DNA from: Candidatus Bathyarchaeota archaeon
GTDB lineage: Archaea; Thermoproteota; Bathyarchaeia; Bathyarchaeales; Bathycorpusculaceae
Reading direction: 5' to 3'
Length of the DNA: 64,000 nt
Assembly: GCA_963733095.1 (NCBI GenBank)
Contig: CAVTBV010000016.1
Span: 64,001-128,000, forward strand
Below the pieces are notes generated by a model. The model made no database searches, had not been told where the DNA came from, and saw nothing but the letters and a program-made list of their open reading frames with translations. The position numbers and the translations under genes were made by a program. This document shows, piece by piece, positions 56,549 through 64,000 of this stretch. The number at the start of each line of letters is the position of its first letter. Within the stretch, counting starts at the first letter, position 1.

Positions 56549-56582
56549 TTTTTTTCTCCGTGTGCGTTTATCAACGTTTTGA

Positions 56583-56609
56583 TTTATAAACTTTGGTTTA
56601 ACTAAAGTT
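56583..56609 (-). promoter_or_regulatory. cbiM TATA box with overlapping 21-bp palindromic operator
   Basis: TTTATAAA at 56583-56590; AACTTTGGTT-T-AACTAAAGTT at 56589-56609 (one mismatch). Confidence 0.6.
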
Positions 56610-56912
56610 AATATGAGGTTGATTAACTGTGGTTGGCAACTTGCTTTGAGATAGAGACACTTTGCTACTCGAGCATTGATTATTCTTCAGACCGGGTTTT
56701 TTAGTTTAAAAACGATTTACCTAATCCATTAAGAAAAACCAAGCAACGCCAATTCTCAAGAAGCGTATTGTCCGAAAAACATAAAATTCGTCACCTGTTA
56801 ATTTTCAAACATTTTTAAACCCGTTTTGAGCGTAGCTTGGTAGCTTCAAACATAGGCTAACATTTACGAAAATACTACTTAGAGATGTTATGACATTGGG
56901 TTAGAGCGTTTC

Positions 56913-57100
56913 AGGGGCAGGCTTTGTTCGGATTACATTCACCAACGATGGGAGAACAGCACCTTTTTTCAAAATATTTCATGTGGAATTTAAGCTCGGG
57001 TTTAAATCTAACGTCCCACACCATTTCCAAATTCAGCCAACTATTATCGTTAATTTTAGAAGCTGGGCCTGAATTTTGTCCGAAATAATGCTTTGCCCCT
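56913..57100. mobile_element. Possible MITE remnant with imperfect 30-bp terminal inverted repeats
   Basis: AGGGGCAGGCTTTGTTCGGATTACATTCA versus reverse complement of the right end AGGGGCAAAGCATTATTTCGGACAAAATTCA; no clear target-site duplication. Confidence 0.35.
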
Positions 57101-57576
57101 TATGAGCGGAGGTTTAAACCCACGCTAAACTTAATCAGAGCTTTGTAGGTTCCGATCCAGCTGACGTTTGTATTGGTAAATTGGGGGTCAGGATTCCCCT
57201 TCCGATGCCTTTTTACCAGTCAGTGTTATTTTGGCCTTAAGCAAAGGTCGCTGGCATTCGCAACACGAAGGGATGAACAGGATCATTAGGTAGTTTCTAA
57301 CAGTTGTCTTGCCCCAATTCAATATGAATCCCCGCCTATATTTTTTAGCCTATTTTCTGGTAAAGGGATGCGCCTACTGCATTAAACGAATGCCATTTTC
57401 AATGGATAAAATACAAACGGACCCGCTGGATTTGAATCCAGAAATCACACAGGACAGCAACTATATTCAACTTGAAAGAAGAAGGGTGGAAAATTTGCGC
57501 TTCTTCTTCTTTCAAAAGTGATCTGGGTTTCTAAAAAGTTACTTTCTCAATTCACCAGTGTTTAAGATCGAATTTG

Positions 57577-58281
57577 TTATGGCGCAATCTTGACCATTTG
57601 TGGAATTTTCCCAGCCGTTCCAACCTGCCCCTGATAGATTATGAGTACTCCTTCAACGCCTTCAATCGACAAACCCTTGCTGATACCCGCTTGAATCCCG
57701 GCTTTCGGGTCCTCACTTTTTACAACATTGCCAACCGCTGTAGCTGCCGCATCTGCCAAAGCAGCGTTTTTGCAGAAAACAATGGCGGCCTCGGCATCCC
57801 CAAAACTCAACGCATGACTAAAACGTCCTGAGCTTGTTGCGACGCCAATTGGGAACTCGGTGAGCCGAAAGCCGAAGCGTCTTGAGAGGGGTTCTTCGCC
57901 TGCAGCAACTGCCACGTCGATAGGTCGGTCTGACGTTGCCGATATTTCGCCGCCGTCCTCAACCACCGCCACCTCGCAACCCACACGCCTCATGTCTTCT
58001 ACGACTAAATCAGCTATGGCCCCCGCAACCGCCGCAATTGGACCAATACCTGCCTTCTCCGCAGCCAGCGCCATTAAATTTGCAATCAAGGGTTTTTCTG
58101 GCGCTGGAATCGGAGTTAAAGTGTACAAGAACTTGGGATTAGCCCTTACGTAGAGTTCCAATTCTTGGTAGTTGCGTTTGATTGATTCTATTGCGGTGCG
58201 GACAGCTTGCTGCTTATCAGAAATGATTGTGCACTGGGACTCTTTATAGGTAAAGTGTTCTTTGAAAAGCTGACTGGTCAA
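57577..58281 (-). CDS. UPF0280/ApbE-like protein (MA1715-like, sulfide assimilation)
   Basis: GP.AAVAGAIAD, E.GGEI, G.ATSSG, SFG.A, ADA.ATA.GN; next to DUF39 and NIL-ferredoxin. Confidence 0.88.
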   Translation of the reverse strand: MTSQLFKEHFTYKESQCTIISDKQQAVRTAIESIKRNYQELELYVRANPKFLYTLTPIPAPEKPLIANLMALAAEKAGIGPIAAVAGAIADLVVEDMRRVGCEVAVVEDGGEISATSDRPIDVAVAAGEEPLSRRFGFRLTEFPIGVATSSGRFSHALSFGDAEAAIVFCKNAALADAAATAVGNVVKSEDPKAGIQAGISKGLSIEGVEGVLIIYQGQVGTAGKIPQMVKIAP

Positions 58282-58712
58282 CGTTTCTTTTCCCTGTTAG
58301 CTGAGGTCCCGTTGTTGTTTGGCTTTATCGATTTGATGGCTCGGGCTGGGCATGCGTCAACGCAGATGCTACAGGTGCTGCCAACGCACTTCTCTTTGTC
58401 AAACTGAACCGTGAAGTCTTTAGCTAAACTGATGGCTTCAACAGGGCAAAGCGCAATGCAGCTTCCGCAGCTGAAGCATTTGTCGCTGTCGACCTCGATT
58501 AATTTGGGCACGGTTACCGAGACGCCTCTTTGTCGGAAGGCTTTCACGACCTTTTCCAGTATGTCGTCAGGTACTTCAGCGAGGATTTCGCCGCCCTTTG
58601 AATTAATGTGGGCTGACAAAATAGCCATTGGTACCTTGTATTCGATGATGATTTGGGATGCTATGGGCTCTGAAACTTGGTCTTCGTCAAATCTGATGAG
58701 AATTCTCGCCAT
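58278..58712 (-). CDS. NIL-domain ferredoxin (MA1822-like)
   Basis: N-terminal NIL-like domain plus CFSCGSCIALCP and CVGSTCSICVDACP. Confidence 0.88.
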   Translation of the reverse strand: MARILIRFDEDQVSEPIASQIIIEYKVPMAILSAHINSKGGEILAEVPDDILEKVVKAFRQRGVSVTVPKLIEVDSDKCFSCGSCIALCPVEAISLAKDFTVQFDKEKCVGSTCSICVDACPARAIKSIKPNNNGTSANREKKR

Positions 58713-58716
58713 AACT

Positions 58717-60219
58717 TTACCGTCCTAACAGTTTAGATACATCTTCCGAAGTCACTATCCCAAGCACCTTCTTCTCGATGTCAATGACAGGCAACGCGGA
58801 GATGTTGTTCTGTGCCATGCGTTTAGAAGCGATCTCCAGAGGCTCATCGGGTTTAGCGGTGACGACATTGTGGGTTTCTATTTCGGCTAATGCTGTTTTG
58901 CCTTCAGCCATAGCTCTGGTAACGTCCCAAGAGGTGACAATGCCACGCAGCTTGCCAGCTTCATCCACTACGACGATGTGGTTGACGGATTTGGTGACGA
59001 TGCGTTTTGCGATCGCTTGAATCTCTTCATCTTCAGTGCAGGTTACTGCTGGGTGCATAACGCTGACGACAAACGGGATTTCCTCTGTCTGCCGCATGGG
59101 CTTGAAAACCGTGTTTGTTGGTAGCCGTTCAACGGGTGTCGTTAAGAAAAACCTGCCCTCGTCAATCCATGACTTTAGGGTTTGAGAAACCTTCTTTGCC
59201 ATCTTAAGGCTTGAGAGGGAGCTGACGCGAACTTTTTTTCCGTTGACAGTTATGGAGCCTGATTTTAGTTCTTTGTAGCTGACTTGCCCGAATTTGGGGC
59301 GGTCTCGTCGGGGGACGCTGTAGTCGACGATGTCGGTTAGGATGTCTTTGTCTTGGATTGCGGTTTTCTTGGCTAAACCCTCGTTTAGAATCGGAATCGG
59401 AACACCCAAGCCCACATACATTGTTGTGCCATAGCCAGTGAATGCGGCGCCCTGCAGAAATTCAGGAGACATCTTCTTTGCATCACCCTTAACCATCAGC
59501 GTCCCATTGAGGTTCTTGGGGCTATGCTGTGTGCCCTCTCCGATAATGTAGCCTTGAGCGCCGCCAAGGAAGATGCGGGTCCCCATACCCATCGTTTCGT
59601 AGTCTGGGTCATTCATGAGCGGATTGAGTTCCCCTGCACCCGAAAATGTAGCGTTTCGGAATCTGGGCAGCAGTTTGCTCATGTAGGTGTAGATGACTTC
59701 GTCGCTACTGTTTACGGCGCAGTTGTAGCGCTGGTAGCAGTTGCGGAAGTTTAAAAGGTAAAACTGATTCAAATCATCCTTTGTGAGGGTAGTTTTGACT
59801 GATGTTCTTGGATAACAATCTGTTCCATACGAGGTTGCTCGGAGTTCAACTTCATTTCCCGCGATAAGGTCTTGGATTACGTGTCCGCCGCCGTACTCAA
59901 AAGGCAAATTCTCAGACATGTGTGTCGCTCCGATAAACAAATCCACCGCCGCGCCGGGATGACAAACTTCCACGCCATTAAGCCATGCCTTCTCAATCTT
60001 AATCGGCGGATCAGAATGACCAACGTTAACGACCGCACCAGAACTGCACATGGCTCCAAAGGTGCCAGTAGTAACGACATCAACCTCTTTGAAGGCAACT
60101 TCGACGCCGCTGCTTTCAACCAGCTTCTTCATCTCTTCCGCCGTCAAAACTTGAGCGTCGCCCTTACGGATTTTTTCATTGATCTCTTCTATAGTACGAG
60201 TCTTAGTAAGTTTGGACAA
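58717..60219 (-). CDS. L-aspartate semialdehyde sulfurtransferase (DUF39 + CBS pair, MA1821-like)
   Basis: VDVVTTGTFGAMCSSG, YGGGHVI, YGTDCYPR, RN.YQ.Y, GEGTQH, C-terminal CBS pair. Confidence 0.93.
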   Translation of the reverse strand: MSKLTKTRTIEEINEKIRKGDAQVLTAEEMKKLVESSGVEVAFKEVDVVTTGTFGAMCSSGAVVNVGHSDPPIKIEKAWLNGVEVCHPGAAVDLFIGATHMSENLPFEYGGGHVIQDLIAGNEVELRATSYGTDCYPRTSVKTTLTKDDLNQFYLLNFRNCYQRYNCAVNSSDEVIYTYMSKLLPRFRNATFSGAGELNPLMNDPDYETMGMGTRIFLGGAQGYIIGEGTQHSPKNLNGTLMVKGDAKKMSPEFLQGAAFTGYGTTMYVGLGVPIPILNEGLAKKTAIQDKDILTDIVDYSVPRRDRPKFGQVSYKELKSGSITVNGKKVRVSSLSSLKMAKKVSQTLKSWIDEGRFFLTTPVERLPTNTVFKPMRQTEEIPFVVSVMHPAVTCTEDEEIQAIAKRIVTKSVNHIVVVDEAGKLRGIVTSWDVTRAMAEGKTALAEIETHNVVTAKPDEPLEIASKRMAQNNISALPVIDIEKKVLGIVTSEDVSKLLGR

Positions 60220-60258
60220 AGAGCCTTACCTTGATGCAATCGAGAAGGCGTTCCGCAG

Positions 60259-61407
60259 TTAATATTTTTTGTGTAAATAACATCTAGTTCCGAAGGCGAG
60301 GGTAATCTGGGGGTTTAGCCGATGTTTAGATTTCATATGAACCAAATTTACCGTAATAAACACCGCTGCAGTCGCCACCAAGATGAATACTAGAACGGTG
60401 AATTCCGGTAAAGTCTTCTCCTGTGGCAGGGAGGAGGAATCGGCTATCACTGAGACTTTGTTGCTCTCCGAATAGGTCACGAACACCTCACCTTTGCCAG
60501 AATCAAACGTCATGCCTTGAGGCTGTTTTGGCAAGGACAGATTCTCAATTACAGTGTTGTTGCTGTCTGACACTACTGAGAGCGAGGTTGAATTATATTT
60601 CGACACGAATATTCTGCCATTTCCAGAATCATACGCTAGGCAGTTAGGGCTAGTGCCAACTGTCACAGTTCCAACAATAAGGTATGTTTCGTCTGAGACA
60701 ATTGAGACCGTACTGGAATTATAGTTGGCTACAAATATTTCGCCCCTACCAGAATCATAGGCTAAGCTTAAGGGTTGATTTTCCACCGTTATGTTGGCAA
60801 CCACGGCGTTAGTTGTGTCAGATATCACCGCAACCTGATTGCAGCCAGCATGGCCAACAAATATCTCGCCTCTACCCGAATCGTAGGCTAAGGCACAAGG
60901 TTGACTTCCTACCTCTATGTTGGCGACAACTGTGTTGTTAACATCCGAGACCACAGAGACAGAACTTGAATTATAGTTGGCTACGAAAACCTCACTTTTG
61001 CCCGAGTCATAAGCAACTGCAGAAGGAGCACTTCCAACCATAATGGTAGCAACTACGGTGTTGTTGCTGTCAGAAATCACTGAAACCGAGTTGCCGCCAT
61101 GGTTTGCAACAAAAATTTCGCCCTTCCCCGAATCATACGCTACGCCGTACGGCACACTCCCCACGGGCACGGTTGCTACTACAGTATTGGTACTGTCTGA
61201 GATTACATAGACCGAGTCGGTATCCCCATTAGCTACGAATACTTCGCCCATTTGGGAATCGTAAGCTAAACCATAACAACCGCCTGAATGCCCAAGAGAA
61301 ATCGTTGCAACCACTGCAAGAGCGTGGACCTCGCTGGTTACTATTGGCAGTACAAGAACCGTATTGATTAAAAGCAAGATGGAAACGATTTTTCTTAGTT
61401 GCTTCAC
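60259..61407 (-). CDS. Secreted YVTN/YncE-type beta-propeller with PEF motif and C-terminal TM helix
   Basis: Signal peptide; about seven 42-aa AYDSG.GEIFVAN...VSV.SD repeats; LPEF followed by a hydrophobic helix. Confidence 0.9.
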   Translation of the reverse strand: MKQLRKIVSILLLINTVLVLPIVTSEVHALAVVATISLGHSGGCYGLAYDSQMGEVFVANGDTDSVYVISDSTNTVVATVPVGSVPYGVAYDSGKGEIFVANHGGNSVSVISDSNNTVVATIMVGSAPSAVAYDSGKSEVFVANYNSSSVSVVSDVNNTVVANIEVGSQPCALAYDSGRGEIFVGHAGCNQVAVISDTTNAVVANITVENQPLSLAYDSGRGEIFVANYNSSTVSIVSDETYLIVGTVTVGTSPNCLAYDSGNGRIFVSKYNSTSLSVVSDSNNTVIENLSLPKQPQGMTFDSGKGEVFVTYSESNKVSVIADSSSLPQEKTLPEFTVLVFILVATAAVFITVNLVHMKSKHRLNPQITLAFGTRCYLHKKY

Positions 61408-61420
61408 AGGTTGTTTCTCC

Positions 61421-62701
61421 TTAAGTACCCAGTCTTTGTTTGCTGCGTTGGTCTTTCGTACTCTTTCTTGTCTTTACTGCAACTATAAGCGTAACTGCTA
61501 CAACAAGAACCAAAGCTGCGTCCACAAACGGTAACAGTTGAGACAAAACTGCCCCGCCTTGCTGAATGTCAAATTTTGCAAGCCACACATGACCATCCTT
61601 CGAGCCCACTATGATGTAGCCGCCGTCTTTGGCGTTTATGAGGGAGTTGAAGCTTGCCTCCAACCCCACAGGCAACTTTACATCTGAAAGAGCAGTATAC
61701 GAAACTTGGTTGCCTACTGGGTCAGTTAGGATTAATTGAACATCAGTCATGTTTGAAATCGACAAAAACAAGTATCCACCGTTTGGGGTTTCGACCGCAG
61801 AGGTTATGGAGCTGTGCGCGACACCGTAGGTTTGATTCCACTGCATGTTCCAATCCGCATCGGTTTTGACCACCCACGCGTTCTTCTGCCAAAGGTAACC
61901 CGCCAACAAGTACCCGCCGTCGCTGGTTGCTATGGCAAAGTTGCATTCAGGTTGATAGTAGTAGCCTTCGCCGCCGTAAAGTGTGGACGCCACCACATTT
62001 CCGTGGGAATCCAACTTTATGAGTCTAAAGAACGCGTGGTTTGGGTCGAATATGTAACTGACATCAGAAAGAACATAGCCGCCATCTGAGGTTTGGAAGA
62101 CACTTGAGGGGCAATCCGCTAAAGGCCCAGAAATTGTTCTGTTCCACAGCATGTTTCCTGAGGAGTTGGTTTTGACAAACCAAATCCAGCCTAAGCCTTC
62201 ATCGACTAATTGTCCGAAGCCTGCAATAGCGTATCCGCCGTCGCTAGTTTGGATTATAGATTGGAGGTAGTTAATGGGAGCTCCCGAACTGTAGGTTTTG
62301 TTCCACTCGATGTTACCAGCTGAATCGGTTTTGACTACCGTGTAGAGGTGATCCATGATTCCCGCCACGACAAAGCCGCCGTCAGCAGTAGGGTGAAGAC
62401 GGGGCAAGGTAGTGTTTGCTGGATCAAGTATGATTGGGTGTGACCATACTCCCTGGTTTGAGGAGTCAAGTTTTGTGAGGAAAGTGCAGGTTCCGTTGAC
62501 AGTGTTGAGGACTAAGCTGCCGTCGCTTAGCTGGTACACGGAGTAGCCTACCGTGCCAGGCAAATCTGTCTGCAACTCTATGGGCGAAGACACTGAAGAT
62601 GAAACCTTTGCTGAACTAGTCGCAAATGAAAGCCAAACAACACTTAACGCTAAGAACACTAAAACAACAACTGCAGACAGAACGATTGCTTTCCGCAACA
62701 T
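61421..62701 (-). CDS. Membrane-anchored surface protein with QTSDGGY beta-propeller repeats
   Basis: N-terminal signal, repeated QTSDGGY...W.VKTD..GN..WN.TY, C-terminal TM helix and basic tail. Confidence 0.82.
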   Translation of the reverse strand: MLRKAIVLSAVVVLVFLALSVVWLSFATSSAKVSSSVSSPIELQTDLPGTVGYSVYQLSDGSLVLNTVNGTCTFLTKLDSSNQGVWSHPIILDPANTTLPRLHPTADGGFVVAGIMDHLYTVVKTDSAGNIEWNKTYSSGAPINYLQSIIQTSDGGYAIAGFGQLVDEGLGWIWFVKTNSSGNMLWNRTISGPLADCPSSVFQTSDGGYVLSDVSYIFDPNHAFFRLIKLDSHGNVVASTLYGGEGYYYQPECNFAIATSDGGYLLAGYLWQKNAWVVKTDADWNMQWNQTYGVAHSSITSAVETPNGGYLFLSISNMTDVQLILTDPVGNQVSYTALSDVKLPVGLEASFNSLINAKDGGYIIVGSKDGHVWLAKFDIQQGGAVLSQLLPFVDAALVLVVAVTLIVAVKTRKSTKDQRSKQRLGT

Positions 62702-62786
62702 CACACCCACCAATCAATAGATAAAAGGGACATTTAATTCTACTCAAAGAACACTTTGTTCCAGCTCTGGAACACCTATCTGCAGC

Positions 62787-62853
62787 CCAATATCCAAGTA
62801 TTGTAGAAATGATAGAGGGGTAGAAGTCCCTAAGAGGGGTAGGCCGTATTTGG
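62787..62853 (+). repeat. About 70-bp dispersed intergenic repeat, copy 2
   Basis: Block-wise similarity to 30432-30500; CCAATA...TATTTGG inverted ends. Confidence 0.55.
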
Positions 62854-62918
62854 TTTTCAGCTACCATTAAATGTTGAAAATCAGTAATTTAGAAAAGAAA
62901 AAGATGCAGAGAGCAGTC

Positions 62919-64000
62919 TTACCATTTTTTCCATGGTAACTCGTCCATGTACTCGTTTAAGCTGCGGATGCTGTTACCGTTTTGTCCTTTCTGCTTGAGC
63001 ACTTCCACAAGAGCCGCGGCAAGTTGCAGGTTGGTGATGACGGGTATGTTGAATTCTACTGCTTGGCGCCGGATTATGTAGCCGTCGGTTAAGATATCAG
63101 AGAAACTGGAGCGCCGGTTTGCCATTGGCACGTTGATTACTAGGTCGATTTTGCGTTCCTGTAGGTAATCCATTATGTTTGGGCTGACTTGTGCTTCCTT
63201 GACTTTGTAGAGTACTGTGGCAGATACGCAGTGGTCATTGAGTACGTCGGCTGTGTGTTGGGTTGCGTAGATTTTGAAGCCCATCTCAGCCAGCGCTTTA
63301 GCAATCGGCACAACACGAGCTTTGCGTTCTTGGTCGCCGCCGACGCTGATGAAGACTTTGCCGTCTTTTGGCGGTATCGTAAATTCAGCCGACTGCAAGG
63401 CTTTGCTGAAGGCGTCTGAGAAGTTTTCGCCTAAACAAGCGACTTCACCTGTGCTGAGCATTTCCACGCCCAAAACTGGGTCGGCACCGCTAAGGCGCAT
63501 GAAACTGAACTGTGGAACCTTCACACCAACATGAGGCGCAACCTGCATTGGAGAGAGCTTGACGCCGTCGATTTTTTTGCCAAGCATCGCCAAAGTGGCG
63601 AGATCTATCATGTTTATGCCGCGTGTTTTACTTACAAAGGGCATGGAGCGGGAGGCGCGTAGGTTGCATTCGATGACGTTGACGACGTCGTCTTTGACTA
63701 GGTACTGTATGTTGTAGGGTCCATGTATATTGAGGGCTTTAACGATGCTGATTGTGCATTCTTCGACTTTCTTTTGAACCTCAATCTTAAGTGCTTGAGG
63801 CGGAATAGTCATGGTTGCATCGCCACTGTGGACACCAGCGTTCTCAACATGCTCCATTATGGCGCCGATGAACACATTTTCGCCGTCCGAAACACCGTCC
63901 ACTTCGACCTCTTTGGCGCGGTTAATGAACTTGCTAATGACAACTGGGTGGTCGCGTCCAACCTTAGCGGCCAAGTTAAGGAAGTTCTCAAGCGAAGCCT
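62919..64000 (-). CDS. carB: Carbamoyl-phosphate synthase large subunit, C-terminal part (5' end beyond the window)
   Basis: EHVENAGVHSGD, ECNLRASRS.PFVSK, LGVEM.STGEV, MGS domain. Confidence 0.97.
   Translation of the reverse strand, partial: ASLENFLNLAAKVGRDHPVVISKFINRAKEVEVDGVSDGENVFIGAIMEHVENAGVHSGDATMTIPPQALKIEVQKKVEECTISIVKALNIHGPYNIQYLVKDDVVNVIECNLRASRSMPFVSKTRGINMIDLATLAMLGKKIDGVKLSPMQVAPHVGVKVPQFSFMRLSGADPVLGVEMLSTGEVACLGENFSDAFSKALQSAEFTIPPKDGKVFISVGGDQERKARVVPIAKALAEMGFKIYATQHTADVLNDHCVSATVLYKVKEAQVSPNIMDYLQERKIDLVINVPMANRRSSFSDILTDGYIIRRQAVEFNIPVITNLQLAAALVEVLKQKGQNGNSIRSLNEYMDELPWKKW

Noticed and set aside
57309-57521. 70-aa ORF in the intergenic gap
   Set aside because: TTG start without SD, no motif, low coding plausibility.
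56549-57570. Cobalamin riboswitch upstream of cbiM
   Set aside because: No recognisable B12 box or GCCACTG core in order, and a TATA box lies only about 35 nt from the start codon.
60480-61290. CRISPR-like regularly spaced repeats
   Set aside because: The 126-nt period corresponds to in-frame 42-aa propeller blades; no cas genes are present.
2001-63534. Numerous antisense and alternate-frame ORFs in the track (e.g. 11045-11554, 29626-30330, 34873-35385)
   Set aside because: They are shadows of well-supported genes and have no motifs of their own.

Overview
Archaeal chromosomal window, probably TACK/Bathyarchaeia (inferred from the r-protein set with L19e/L32e/S4e/Rpp29, DKFP-type shikimate entry, methanogen-type homocysteine genes and a multi-intron tRNA). 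In order it contains: a Cys/Met-rich DUF2769-like gene; a 17-gene L22-to-L30 ribosomal operon, five of whose proteins have long low-complexity tails; an NhaP antiporter with a frameshifted paralog; hypE and hypFCD; an acyl-CoA ligase; a two-intron tRNA-Met(CAU); Hsp20; RPA; the branched-chain genes cimA, ilvD and ilvB-ilvN-leuCDBA plus pheA; an 11-gene aspartate kinase/shikimate/tyrosine operon; cbiMNQO; the DUF39-CBS/NIL-ferredoxin/UPF0280 homocysteine trio; two beta-propeller surface proteins; and the 3' part of carB. The strongest candidate for an undescribed system is an unannotated 28-codon leader ORF ending ...FPSFDYYFYYYHFH*. It lies between a BRE/TATA promoter and the aromatic amino acid operon and is followed at once by an 11-bp stem enclosing a U6 tract, which resembles ribosome-coupled Phe/Tyr-sensing attenuation in an archaeon. 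Weaker Val/Ile/Leu-containing uORFs precede ilvB, ilvD and cimA. All calls are by eye; no searches were run.
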